Source: a virus. Taken from it: 64,000 nt of DNA. The translations under genes and the position numbers were made by a program. Of this stretch, positions 38,963 through 49,339 are shown one piece after another (the stretch's first letter is position 1; each line of letters begins with the position of its first letter). The stretch covers positions 22,905-86,904 of the IMG/VR virus record IMGVR_UViG_3300045973_000445. One strand, given 5' to 3'. A model generated the notes under the pieces. The model saw nothing but the letters and a program-made list of their open reading frames with translations, was not told the origin of the DNA and searched no databases.

Positions 38963-41434
38963 TTATTTACTTTTACTTCTCATCATTTCATCAAAAGCAC
39001 CTATTACACTATCAAAGTTAGATACTATCTTTCTCTTGATCCTATCTGTATCCAATCCCTGATTTAAAGCTCTGTTGGCTATAACCACTGCCGTGTAGTA
39101 TGTTCTGGTATTCAGATCGTTTCCTAGCTTATCCTTATTCTCTTTGATCATTTCATAAGCCAAATCACGTGCTTCTTGAGTTACAGGGATAATAGTTGTT
39201 TTATCAGCTGAATAAATATCTATTTTATCTTTAATCATACCTAGCTTTAAGACAGTCTCATCTACTGTCATGGTGAGATTACTACAAAGAGCTCTAGACT
39301 TAACTGCCTGTGCTATATCCTTCGTGGTTAAGTTTGTAATTGCAATAACCCGTCCTTTAAATGAGAATACATCTGGTATTTTTCCAGATTCCTTATCTCC
39401 CTCAATTATATAAGCATTCCTTCCTGTTTTGTTATCTATCTGAGAATCTTCTCCGGAATCCAAACCAGATTTTAAAAATCCCTGCACGTCTTCCGTTATC
39501 AAAAACGAATCACAGTCATCAAAAATGATTAACTTATCCCGATGCCGAAACATCTCTGCGTAAACCTGAACAGGAGATATCCTACCCTTTATAACCACAT
39601 AATCATACTGATCTTTATTAGGTTGAATCTCAGCATCAAATCTCCTGAGATTCATTTCTTTTAGTAATCTATTTAGCTCAAAGGTTTTCCCAACCCCGCC
39701 TGTACCATATGCTATTGCAAACTTAGCTCCAGCATCCCCCTCAATAACCATCTGAAGGCTGTCCTTGTAATCATCCCACAACTCTTGTATATCTTCTGGT
39801 TTACGAGTAAGCATCTTGTTTTGCTCTTTAGCTTCTGGAGTATCGTTGTTGGCCTGTTCCTTCCGAATCTCGGTCTTTATCGTTTCGGACTGATCTGGCA
39901 GATCTTTGAGATTGATATCGGCCTGCTTGATATATCGCTGTGGATAGGTCTCCCCTGTGAGAAGTGTCAGAACTTTAGGATCGTATATCCCCATGTTGAT
40001 TAAGCTGTAGACCTTCTCATTCTTCTTCATCGATCCTCCAGCTATAGCTGCCACTGCATCTTCAAAGGTTTGCCCTTCGACCTTTTCCGTTTCCTTTGTA
40101 TCTGCAAACTTCTCCGACTCGCCTGTTGCTGGGTTCACCCAGCGAATAGCGTAGTGAATCTGGCCAGACTTGGCTTTAATTTGGACTTTCTTTGGGATCA
40201 GGTGTCCTAGTGCTCTTGCCTTCTCAAACTCGGCAAACTCGCTCTTTTCGATGGTTTTCAGCTTGCTGTAGTATTTTGGATTTTCCCACAAGTGATCCCT
40301 TGTTATCTCACTTCTTTCTTCGGCATCAGTAGTATGTTCTCTCTCTTCCGTTACACCAATCTGCCATTCCTTTGTAAGCTCTTCAAGGCTGATTTTATGT
40401 TTCTTAGCGATGTCCTCAAGAGTCTTCCCATCGGCACGACCTCCCTGAAGTTTCTCTTCTTTTTCAAAATCAGGGGGCTGCATCTTCTGTGCTTTCATAA
40501 ACCCACCCTCAACCATCTTCCCGATAATCTTCTCATCCGATAGAGATATCACTTTCTCATTCTTGACCAGTCCTTCGGCCACAGCCTTCTTAATACTTAC
40601 CACCTCTTCAATACCAAGAATCTTATAGACGTTATCCCACATATTTATAAATTGAGTAGGATAACTATAAAGATCTTTAACTGAAATAAAAGCAGTAGCC
40701 CGTGTTTCATCAACATCCACTACAGGAGACTGCTCCCTATCATCAATCATCGACATAAAATAATCTATGTGAATCTTATCTTCCTCAAACTCACCTACCC
40801 ACCTACAATCATCTACTTCAAAGCCTGTTTCCTCCAATAACTCCCTCCTTGCTGCCACTTTTATATCCTCTCCCAAATCCACATGTCCTCCAGGAAGAAC
40901 CCATAAATTTGTACCCTTTTCTGCACCACCAAGAGGCTGACGCTGCACAATCAAAATCTCCCCGTTCTGATTAAACACAATGTTATCAGAATACCTAACT
41001 TTGTCCTTTGTAATGGCCTTGATCAACATATCACACTCATCCAAAGCCAGCTCATTATTCCGATAAGATAAGAGGGTGTTTTCTATAAAGTCATTCCTTT
41101 TCAAATCGGCTAATGCTTTCTCAAAATCAGGATGCTTTACTATATATGATTTTTTGCTGTCTTCCAGCTTGGTGTATTCCTGTTTCTTTCCACTCAAGAA
41201 ATTCAGATATCTCGATGTCAGACCATCCTGCTGGGATTTGATCAGCTCCAGAACCTCTGGTTCCTTTTCTGCTTTTTGCCATACATCCAGTTCCTTCGTA
41301 CTGTTCAAGTACTCTCGTGCCATCAGATCAATCTCTGACTTTAGCAATTCCGACTGCTCTATCACTAACGCAAAATCACGAAGGGCTTCCTCCGTGCTTT
41401 CCAAATGCAAAAAACGTCTGAGTTCTTGAAACAT
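38963..41434 (-). CDS. multidomain protein: NUDIX hydrolase + DUF5661-like + P-loop ATPase
   Basis: NUDIX box GGHVDLGEDIKVAARRELLEETG. G..EEREHT...DHL.E.P.YY. Walker A GTGGVGKT, Walker B LIIFDDCD. Confidence 0.85.
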   Translation of the reverse strand: MFQELRRFLHLESTEEALRDFALVIEQSELLKSEIDLMAREYLNSTKELDVWQKAEKEPEVLELIKSQQDGLTSRYLNFLSGKKQEYTKLEDSKKSYIVKHPDFEKALADLKRNDFIENTLLSYRNNELALDECDMLIKAITKDKVRYSDNIVFNQNGEILIVQRQPLGGAEKGTNLWVLPGGHVDLGEDIKVAARRELLEETGFEVDDCRWVGEFEEDKIHIDYFMSMIDDREQSPVVDVDETRATAFISVKDLYSYPTQFINMWDNVYKILGIEEVVSIKKAVAEGLVKNEKVISLSDEKIIGKMVEGGFMKAQKMQPPDFEKEEKLQGGRADGKTLEDIAKKHKISLEELTKEWQIGVTEEREHTTDAEERSEITRDHLWENPKYYSKLKTIEKSEFAEFEKARALGHLIPKKVQIKAKSGQIHYAIRWVNPATGESEKFADTKETEKVEGQTFEDAVAAIAGGSMKKNEKVYSLINMGIYDPKVLTLLTGETYPQRYIKQADINLKDLPDQSETIKTEIRKEQANNDTPEAKEQNKMLTRKPEDIQELWDDYKDSLQMVIEGDAGAKFAIAYGTGGVGKTFELNRLLKEMNLRRFDAEIQPNKDQYDYVVIKGRISPVQVYAEMFRHRDKLIIFDDCDSFLITEDVQGFLKSGLDSGEDSQIDNKTGRNAYIIEGDKESGKIPDVFSFKGRVIAITNLTTKDIAQAVKSRALCSNLTMTVDETVLKLGMIKDKIDIYSADKTTIIPVTQEARDLAYEMIKENKDKLGNDLNTRTYYTAVVIANRALNQGLDTDRIKRKIVSNFDSVIGAFDEMMRSKSK

Positions 41435-41444
41435 ATCTGTAAAA

Positions 41445-41945
41445 TTAAAATCCTAACTGATCCACAAGAGATTTAGATAATATCACAATCCTATCATCTG
41501 CTATATTAGCTATCACCGTCTGGAGCTTGAGCTCTTCTACGCTCCCACGAACATACACTCCAGCCACCTGATTGAACTCCCTCATCGGTACTGATTTCTG
41601 TAAATCAGAGTGTATCTGATCAAGACTATATTGTTTTGGCAAATCCCCGATAGTAATCTCAAAGCCTTTTATCAGAGCCCTGTCAATGCTTCCTGTAGGC
41701 AAGTATCCAATGGACTTTACTAAAGAGCCCATCCTATCCAGATTGGACTTTTTATTCGCACGGAGCATATCTGTCTCAGCGAATAACCTCTCTTTAATTT
41801 CCTGTCCAGATTTCTCAATCTTCTCTTCAGCTACAGCTGGTTTGCTATCCAGAGACTTCTCAAAGGAATTCACATTCTGCAATTGAAAAGAAATAGAAAG
41901 AATGCGCTCTATGTTCTTTGCACTAATTTCGTTCTCCCAGTTCAT
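41445..41945 (-). CDS. hypothetical protein, putative head-associated
   Basis: MNWENEI leader and multiple FEKS/IEKS/LQKS sites. Confidence 0.55.
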   Translation of the reverse strand: MNWENEISAKNIERILSISFQLQNVNSFEKSLDSKPAVAEEKIEKSGQEIKERLFAETDMLRANKKSNLDRMGSLVKSIGYLPTGSIDRALIKGFEITIGDLPKQYSLDQIHSDLQKSVPMREFNQVAGVYVRGSVEELKLQTVIANIADDRIVILSKSLVDQLGF

Positions 41946-41972
41946 TGTACTTTTTATTAATATTAATCAAAA

Positions 41973-42344
41973 CTATGTCGTTTTTGAAGTTTTATCAACT
42001 GTTGTTGTTGTACTACTACTCTCTGATGTATCCTTGATCCCAGTCTTTGCTTCAGCAAACTTCTGGATAACCTTTGGGGCTACCGTGGCCGTGACAAGAA
42101 GTAAAAGGATATCCCAATCAATCATTTTAGTCTGAGTAAAAAGAACATTGAAGCTCTGTTCTGTAATGACCTTATCCCTTAGTAGCTTTGTAAACTCAGC
42201 TACATTGGTTTTATAAGATAGATAAGAAAGAATCACAAAACCACACAGCAAAACAAAAAACAGAGCTGAAAGCCCCCTGATAAAACTATCAGAGACAGAT
42301 CCATCTGCCTGCAACTCCTGAAAAAATCCGATTTTTGCCTTCAT
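41973..42344 (-). CDS. two-TM membrane protein, holin-like
   Basis: Two hydrophobic helices, APKVIQKFAE, polar tail. Confidence 0.5.
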   Translation of the reverse strand: MKAKIGFFQELQADGSVSDSFIRGLSALFFVLLCGFVILSYLSYKTNVAEFTKLLRDKVITEQSFNVLFTQTKMIDWDILLLLVTATVAPKVIQKFAEAKTGIKDTSESSSTTTTVDKTSKTT

Positions 42345-42359
42345 GCTATTTTAAAAAGA

Positions 42360-42385
42360 TAAAATTACATAATCATTTTAAAAAT
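42360..42385 (-). promoter_or_regulatory. 26-bp conserved upstream motif, copy 3
   Basis: taaaattacataatcattttaaaaat. Confidence 0.55.
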
Positions 42386-42392
42386 TAACATA

Positions 42393-42692
42393 CTAAGTAC
42401 CCTCAGCCCACACCTTAATCTTAATTGGAGTTCCAGGAGCTACTCTATCACTAGTAAAAATAACATATGCCCAGAAAGTCCAGTCCCCCGCTACATTCAA
42501 ATCCCCCACTTTAAAATCATAATAAATAGCACCTACTGTAGTAGCTATATGAGCATCGTATTCATAAACTGCTGTTGAATTAGGCTTCTGATATTTAATT
42601 TTAGTTGATACCACATCCAACATATCCGTTGCACTCAACCCTGTATTCACCTGTAGCCGTAGCTTACTCTGATTAACGTATATCTTTGCCAT
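42393..42692 (-). CDS. BppU N-terminal-like Ig-fold virion protein
   Basis: IKYQKP...IYYDF..GDLNVAGDW.FWAYV.F. Confidence 0.6.
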   Translation of the reverse strand: MAKIYVNQSKLRLQVNTGLSATDMLDVVSTKIKYQKPNSTAVYEYDAHIATTVGAIYYDFKVGDLNVAGDWTFWAYVIFTSDRVAPGTPIKIKVWAEGT

Positions 42693-43662
42693 GTAGTACT
42701 TTACTTAAGATTATTAACTTAGTTACAATAATAGAATCCACCACAGCTATCAACTTAACCAAACTATCCCCTGAAACATACTCCAAATAAACAGGAGCTG
42801 GTTTAATATAAATACCATTATTTATTACGATAACAGCAATGACTTCACTCTCTTTAACTATCTGAACCGTAACAAATGAATCAATCCACAATATGCTGAT
42901 AGGAGATGGATCAATGCCAAGAATAACAATAGCATCTAAACTATCCAAAACCCCCAACATCTCAACTATATTAGCTGTAAGAAGATATGTAGCATCCATT
43001 AGATCTTCCCCAGAACCCAATTCATTAATTATAGCATTCAGAATGGAGCTGCTATTTATTATATCTGTAACCGGAGATGATTCATCAACCCCAGCCAAAG
43101 CTATCATCCCCCCACTCACCTGATCTACAGCAATCACTGATTCCGTGATATTTGATATTTGAATAAGAGTAGCATCAGGATTATCAACTAATGTGCTCTG
43201 TTCAACTACTGCTGCAACTAATATTTTTGTAGCCGATATAATATCTGAAGCTGAAGTATACTCAGAAATCCCAACTACACCAATATACGTACTGGATATA
43301 TTATCAACAATAGATACTGATTCGGTTTGAGATACTGCTGTAACTATAACCCCACTTTGTGCATCGACTCCACTGGAAGACTCTACTATGCTAGCATTTT
43401 GTTTTTGAGTAGCATCACTCGATTCAGATGCGGGTGAAGATTCAACTATACCAACAACCCCAATAATAGTAGAACTAACAGACTCTATACCCGAAACAGA
43501 CTCCGATATACTAACAACCCCAATTATAATAGAACTAGCAGAATCTAAAGCTGGAGCAGCCTCAGATATAGATACACTATAAGCAACTGGGCCACCTGAA
43601 AAAGATGGATTGCTAAATATATAGCCTGAGATGTAATATTGTCCGTCCCAGTTAATTATCAT
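42673..43662 (-). CDS. repetitive fibre-like protein
   Basis: About 21-aa repeats of (I/V)xES...D...S. S/I/V-rich. Confidence 0.6.
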   Translation of the reverse strand: MIINWDGQYYISGYIFSNPSFSGGPVAYSVSISEAAPALDSASSIIIGVVSISESVSGIESVSSTIIGVVGIVESSPASESSDATQKQNASIVESSSGVDAQSGVIVTAVSQTESVSIVDNISSTYIGVVGISEYTSASDIISATKILVAAVVEQSTLVDNPDATLIQISNITESVIAVDQVSGGMIALAGVDESSPVTDIINSSSILNAIINELGSGEDLMDATYLLTANIVEMLGVLDSLDAIVILGIDPSPISILWIDSFVTVQIVKESEVIAVIVINNGIYIKPAPVYLEYVSGDSLVKLIAVVDSIIVTKLIILSKVLHGKDIR

Positions 43663-44219
43663 GGCTCAGTCACGATTGTTAATAGTCGTGCATCAGTAGC
43701 TGATGCTGTAAATCGAAGTGTCACTATATCCCCATTCAGATCCGTAGTTGCTAAGTTCAACTTATACATTCCATTAGCAACTTCCGATACTGAATTAGCA
43801 CATGCTCCAAAAGCACCTCCATCAATAGATCTCTCAGCATTTACTGTCCGTCCTGTCTTAGGAGTGACGTGATCCGTGGAGTCTACCAAAAGAAACATGA
43901 AGTTATTTAATGCTGTATTCTTTTTAATCCCTGAAGGTGTGTGAGATACTACTCTACAAAACAGATCAACAGGATCCGCTGATTCTGATGTTATGTGAAT
44001 AGCTAAATCCCCTAGTGTATCCAGATGCGAAGTTGTCAAAGCTAAGTTGTACCAGCCATACCCTCGTTCAGTTACCGTAGGCGAGATAGAAGCAAAAGCA
44101 CCCCCATCCTTAGATGCTAATACGGTTAACGTTCCCCCTACTCTTCCTGTTACATGATCAGAAGAGTTTGTCATCAGTACCATTATATTTGCTGCTACAT
44201 TTTGCTTTAGCTCTCTCAT
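43659..44219 (-). CDS. virion protein with tandem duplicated domain
   Basis: Two repeats of S.DHVT...G.T....S.DGGAF......V.E...G.Y.L.L.T..L. Confidence 0.65.
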   Translation of the reverse strand: MRELKQNVAANIMVLMTNSSDHVTGRVGGTLTVLASKDGGAFASISPTVTERGYGWYNLALTTSHLDTLGDLAIHITSESADPVDLFCRVVSHTPSGIKKNTALNNFMFLLVDSTDHVTPKTGRTVNAERSIDGGAFGACANSVSEVANGMYKLNLATTDLNGDIVTLRFTASATDARLLTIVTEP

Positions 44220-44222
44220 GCT

Positions 44223-44435
44223 CTAATTATTTACAACACGTGATCTAGGATAACCTGCATTAGGTATCTCATTTACAGCTTCATCAAATACAATGTCGTT
44301 CACTGTACCATTTACACCTACAATCTCTTCTATAGCTGGATTATCAAATACTATGTCATTCACAGTACCATTCACTCCTGCCAATTCAAATGTTGCGGAA
44401 TCAGACTCAGCAAAAACAATATCATTGATCGCCAT
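44223..44435 (-). CDS. small repeat protein
   Basis: Three NDIVF repeats (GVNGTVNDIVFD twice). Confidence 0.55.
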   Translation of the reverse strand: MAINDIVFAESDSATFELAGVNGTVNDIVFDNPAIEEIVGVNGTVNDIVFDEAVNEIPNAGYPRSRVVNN

Positions 44436-47400
44436 TATAATAAAGTTAACACTGCTTTAATTACTATATTATTAGCTGTACTAGCTGGAGTATATCTCAA
44501 ATAAGTAATATCATTAGCTTTATCAGCATTTGTCCAAGCTACCCAAGTTGAACCATTATCCGTTGACTTTTCAAATGTCCCTGCTGCTGGATTTGTACTT
44601 GTATTATCATCGCACTGTTGAACTCCAGATACTGCATCATATAATCGTACTCTTAATGCAGGAACGGAAGAACCAAATGCTGTAGCAAACTTCCATACAA
44701 ACCGTTTATCCGCTACAATTGACTTACCTACCGAAGGTTGATAGTGACTATCTGCTGTAACACTATCTTCCCATGTCACCCCAAGAGAAGTTATCTCAGG
44801 AGAAACACAAGTCCAGTTAAGAATATCAAATACAATCTTAAACTGTATTGATGATGCTGCAACCACACTCGCAAGTGAGGCTTCATCGTTGATCTTTGTC
44901 CATGCCCCTGAGTTGTCTGATATGCCAGTAGTACGATAGTACAGATCATATCTTTCTTTTCCATAACTACCACTACCACCACGAACCTCAGAAGTATAAA
45001 CTCTGTAAAATGCCGTTGCATTGACGGTAGCTATCTCTTTTGTAATAACATAACCTCCCTGCGCACCTACGTCAATCATTAGTAGTTGTTGTGCAGCTGG
45101 AGCTGCTGCCGTCAATCCTTGTCTTGGAATAACTAATGTTCTATCTCCATAACTACATCTCGCTGTTAACATAGATGCAGCTACAACAGGTAATTCTCCT
45201 GCTGCAATAGGATTAGTTTCAAAGTTTATAATTCCAAAAAACCTCTCTTGTGGCAGACCCGGATTATATACTGTTCGATAATCCCTGAATGATCCGTTAG
45301 TTATAATTATGAAGTAATCATTATCTTCATCATAAGCCAGTCCAGCCCAGTTATTTACTGCCTGCTGGATGGTTGCTCCAAGTGGAGGTATATCAGTTAT
45401 ATAATCATCTTCACCTATCAGTGTTGCTATAACCCTACCTGCTGTATCGGCTACAATGGTTTCATTAGGGCCGATATTCGGGTATTGGATTGTAGTACCT
45501 GTTACCGTTCCAAGTACAACCTGTGTTCCCGGCTCTTTCCCAAATGTACCGCTATTATACCCCACACCACCAACACTCTGAACATAAACTCTTTGTCCTG
45601 TTGTGAATCCATGCGAAACAAAGGTTAACGTGGCTACGTTATTAAGTCGTGATCTATATGTTGTAGATGTTGTTGCATTGAATCTACTAATAACAATCCT
45701 ACTTACTCTTGATGCTGCTGTTCCTCTTGTACAAAATACAGCAGGAACCCCTGTAATACCAGCACCATGATTTGCTCCTGGTACCGCATAGTCCATCTGG
45801 GATAGTAAAGCTGAAGGTAGGTTAGATGCCCACTCAGATGTCATAATAGCAGAACTCAATCTACATGTATCTGGTAATGTAATGATGCCGTTCTGTGCTG
45901 CTGGAAGTACACCTAAGTCAAGTTTATGTAATGCTGGTGCAGCTACTGTGTTTGTTGATTGCATTATAAATAATAGAAAGTTTCCTGCCCCACTATTTAA
46001 TGCACCAGTATTTGTTGATGTAGCAAAAGATACTATCGCTGATAAAACATTGTTTGTTGACCCTACCTTTGCTGGATACATATTTGGTGCAGGACTACAA
46101 CCAACTGCCTGTCCTATCAATAAAGGCACGTTAGTTAAGTTACCAACCCACGTAGCACCATCATGAGAATAAGCAGATGTAAATGATCCTGCTCCTTTTG
46201 TCCCTACAGCTGTAAAGACTGTCCCATTAAAGCAAACCCCATTACCTCCCGATATAGCAGGAAACATTGTAACTCCTGCACCAGTCCAGTTTATACCATC
46301 TGTAGAGTAAGCTATTGTATGTGATGCTCCTATACCAACAGCAACCCATCTATTACTAATTGCTGTTCCTGGTGCATTTATATTACCTATCTGTGATCCC
46401 CAACAAACAGCATTACCCTGAGTGAATGGTGGAGTAGCACAAGCTGTCCATGTTGTACCATTAGATGAATAAGCCATAGTCATGCCACCGATGCCCATTG
46501 CAACATACTGTGTACCATTAAAGGCTATCCCATAACCAGCTGTAGAAAATGGAGCATGTCCAGCACCTCCATCAGCAGCCTGTCCATAAGCTGTCCATGT
46601 TATGCCATCAGGTGATGAAGCTAAAGTATTACCCCCCTGACCTACTGCCCAGAATAAACTACCATCCCAACAAACACCATAAGCACCTGTTGTAAAAATA
46701 CCTCCTGAAGTAACTCCTTGTGCTGGTATAACCCAGTTAATACCATCATTTGAATATATAATACTGTTTGTACCAACCCCTACTGCAACCCAGCGACCCC
46801 CTACACCAGCAATCTCACCATAAGCAACCCCACGACATCTTGTTGTAAAGTTTCCTACTGCTGATGCAATACCAGTCCATGTAATCCCATCATAAGACCA
46901 TGCTAGTGAGTTTGTGCCTTCTCCTCCTGCAAGCCATAATCCACCACCATACGCTACTGCCCATCCTGATGTAGTAAAGATTGTAGTTAGTGCAGACCAT
47001 GTAACTGCTCCTGCTTGAGTGGCTAGTGTTGTACCGTTTTGTGTTGAATATGCTATGAAGTTTGTCCCGTTCCCTACCATGACCGTCCTATCTATCACCC
47101 CTGAACGAATCAAAAAGCACATTCTTGGTGCTATAACATTTATTCCAACAGGAAGAGTAATACCAGACCAATCATTAGTAGTAAGACCATAAACCCATGC
47201 AATACCTCCTTGTAGTGCTGTAGCTGCTGTAAAGCCCACTATCACTTCAGTAGATGCTGCGTTGACCCAAATATCCCTACAGGTATTTATTTCAGATGTC
47301 TTAGATAGTGTCATTATAATATACCCTGCCCATACCTGAGTAGTTTTATTCCACCTGTTTACTCTGACAGTTAATCCTGAAGCCATAGTAGTAACTGTAT

Positions 47401-47602
47401 ATATATACCCTGCATCAGAATAAACAGCATTCGCCAATAACGCTAAGTTACCCTGTTCCAGATATGGGATGCTTCGTGGAAGTGGGGCTCTTATAATCCC
47501 ATTGACATTTTCTATTCCCCCATATATACTGTTTTTTGTAGGATCGTATGAACCTAGTGAATTAGATTCTGTAAAATCAACTACACTCCATTGCTTTGCC
47601 AT
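44435..47602 (-). CDS. large fibre/receptor-binding protein with beta-propeller repeats
   Basis: Repeated WVAVG.G.NS.AYS.DGI.WT blades. G/T/A-rich. Confidence 0.75.
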   Translation of the reverse strand: MAKQWSVVDFTESNSLGSYDPTKNSIYGGIENVNGIIRAPLPRSIPYLEQGNLALLANAVYSDAGYIYTVTTMASGLTVRVNRWNKTTQVWAGYIIMTLSKTSEINTCRDIWVNAASTEVIVGFTAATALQGGIAWVYGLTTNDWSGITLPVGINVIAPRMCFLIRSGVIDRTVMVGNGTNFIAYSTQNGTTLATQAGAVTWSALTTIFTTSGWAVAYGGGLWLAGGEGTNSLAWSYDGITWTGIASAVGNFTTRCRGVAYGEIAGVGGRWVAVGVGTNSIIYSNDGINWVIPAQGVTSGGIFTTGAYGVCWDGSLFWAVGQGGNTLASSPDGITWTAYGQAADGGAGHAPFSTAGYGIAFNGTQYVAMGIGGMTMAYSSNGTTWTACATPPFTQGNAVCWGSQIGNINAPGTAISNRWVAVGIGASHTIAYSTDGINWTGAGVTMFPAISGGNGVCFNGTVFTAVGTKGAGSFTSAYSHDGATWVGNLTNVPLLIGQAVGCSPAPNMYPAKVGSTNNVLSAIVSFATSTNTGALNSGAGNFLLFIMQSTNTVAAPALHKLDLGVLPAAQNGIITLPDTCRLSSAIMTSEWASNLPSALLSQMDYAVPGANHGAGITGVPAVFCTRGTAASRVSRIVISRFNATTSTTYRSRLNNVATLTFVSHGFTTGQRVYVQSVGGVGYNSGTFGKEPGTQVVLGTVTGTTIQYPNIGPNETIVADTAGRVIATLIGEDDYITDIPPLGATIQQAVNNWAGLAYDEDNDYFIIITNGSFRDYRTVYNPGLPQERFFGIINFETNPIAAGELPVVAASMLTARCSYGDRTLVIPRQGLTAAAPAAQQLLMIDVGAQGGYVITKEIATVNATAFYRVYTSEVRGGSGSYGKERYDLYYRTTGISDNSGAWTKINDEASLASVVAASSIQFKIVFDILNWTCVSPEITSLGVTWEDSVTADSHYQPSVGKSIVADKRFVWKFATAFGSSVPALRVRLYDAVSGVQQCDDNTSTNPAAGTFEKSTDNGSTWVAWTNADKANDITYLRYTPASTANNIVIKAVLTLL

Positions 47603-47623
47603 ATCCTTATTATTTTATAAAAC

Positions 47624-48235
47624 CTAAATTGATGTTGAGTAACTGACCTGTAAAGTATCCCCGACTCCTACAATCTTATCTCCTCCGGAAAACACACCAG
47701 CTGAATATAAAACACCAGATGTGTTATTGTTAGTAGCCACCGCCCCCGTTCCAAACACAAGAAAACAGCCCTTAACCGTTCCTCCTGTTCCAGAGATTAC
47801 AAAACTAGCTACTGCACTTAATGCTTTTGCCCTTGCTCCAGCAGCTGCAAATGATACAGCCACTCTAGCATTTGATGCTGGGGTTGACCATAATGGGTAG
47901 TTCGATCCGTTACCTGCCTCAGCCCAAACATGACCTCCAGAACTATGTGATCCCATAGTATCTGCTGCAACAGGAATACCCGTATATCCTACAGAGCTGA
48001 TAAGACCCAAGAATGGGCCAGACACTGGCCCAGCTCCAAATGCGGAATCCAATAATTGATTAGCCCCTACGTCTGTCACCACATTCTTTGCTTTGGCAGT
48101 CCACTTTAGCTTACCATTCTTATCGTAGCACTTAGCTGTGTAAGTACCCTTAGCACTTAGCCTTTCAGCTAAATCAGAACCACGCAATACTGTAGCTCCC
48201 ATATTATCTTTAACATTTACTTTTTCGCATTCCAT
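47624..48235 (-). CDS. fibre-associated virion protein
   Basis: W..KNVVTDVGANQLLD...GTVKGCFL...GDTLQVSY. Confidence 0.6.
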   Translation of the reverse strand: MECEKVNVKDNMGATVLRGSDLAERLSAKGTYTAKCYDKNGKLKWTAKAKNVVTDVGANQLLDSAFGAGPVSGPFLGLISSVGYTGIPVAADTMGSHSSGGHVWAEAGNGSNYPLWSTPASNARVAVSFAAAGARAKALSAVASFVISGTGGTVKGCFLVFGTGAVATNNNTSGVLYSAGVFSGGDKIVGVGDTLQVSYSTSI

Positions 48236-48251
48236 TGTATCTTATATTAAA

Positions 48252-49196
48252 TTATGCTGTATATGTTTTATCCCCTACTGTTACTGTAACTGTTCCTTTA
48301 ATACCCAGTCGCTTCTCTTCCCGTGCCAGTGCTTCATCATCATAAACAAACTGCTTCTTGACCTTATCCCAGATCTGATAATCATTCTTTTTTCTTAGCA
48401 AACATCTACAAAATGGATGAATTCCTGTAACTGTTCCTTTCCAATCCCCTACCTTCCTCCCGATATTGCTCCCATTCGCAATCAACTCGCTCAAGCGAAA
48501 CAGCCTCGGCTCACTACCCAGTCCCTTTGTTGTGTACAACGCTATGCAGTGTCTACAAGCTCCTGCATATACATCTTTATAAACCCACGGATCCTTTCCT
48601 TTATTAGCCTCAGCAATCGTCACAGCTCGTCCCTGTTGAAAGATGTTATTCATCTCGGTATCCACGATCCTTCCCAGATCTTTGCTCCAGTCACCCGTCC
48701 TGTGACCAATATCACTTACAATATTAGTCAAGGCTTTGCGCTGAGCCACTCCAGCTATAATCTCTTCCTTAATTATATTTTCATACTCAGACCGAGCCAG
48801 CCAGCCGTTGATCGATCCCTCAACATCTGACCTGATCCTATTATCGAGATTCTTCAGATGCTTGTATGTCGCTTGCCGAGCTATGTTATATTGAATCGTC
48901 TCGAAGGGTGTCAGTGGCTGATACTGATTCTTCTGTAAATACTTCTCAAAGTCAGCATACTCTAACTTTTTAGAATTTGCATCTCCTATTAACTGAGTCA
49001 ATCGCCCCAACAAAAACATCCTATAGTAAGCAGGATACAATCCACCCAGTCCTACTACATTCAATCCAGCAGATGTCAGGATTGCTTTATCCACCTCTGA
49101 CAGAACTCCCTCGCCTAGATTCACACCAATATAGACCAATATGTTCTTACTGATCTGCCTGAGTATGTTTTCTATCTGGAAAGGGTTTAATATCAT
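48252..49196 (-). CDS. MuF/SPP1 gp7-like minor head protein
   Basis: RIVDTEM, AC.HC, IHPFCRC. Confidence 0.85.
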   Translation of the reverse strand: MILNPFQIENILRQISKNILVYIGVNLGEGVLSEVDKAILTSAGLNVVGLGGLYPAYYRMFLLGRLTQLIGDANSKKLEYADFEKYLQKNQYQPLTPFETIQYNIARQATYKHLKNLDNRIRSDVEGSINGWLARSEYENIIKEEIIAGVAQRKALTNIVSDIGHRTGDWSKDLGRIVDTEMNNIFQQGRAVTIAEANKGKDPWVYKDVYAGACRHCIALYTTKGLGSEPRLFRLSELIANGSNIGRKVGDWKGTVTGIHPFCRCLLRKKNDYQIWDKVKKQFVYDDEALAREEKRLGIKGTVTVTVGDKTYTA

Positions 49197-49339
49197 TTCT
49201 GTTTCACTTCTTTTGTTAACTGCTTTGTTATATCAATGATGATTTTCTTGCTAACCAGCTCAAACTGCTTCTTCATCCCATTCTCTATGGGAAGTATGAG
49301 TTTTGGATATCGTGGCGGATCAAGATGTTTATTTTCCAT
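49193..49339 (-). CDS. small hypothetical protein (48 aa)
   Basis: MENKHLDPPRYPK... with TAATG and ATGA overlaps on both sides. Confidence 0.6.
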   Translation of the reverse strand: MENKHLDPPRYPKLILPIENGMKKQFELVSKKIIIDITKQLTKEVKQK

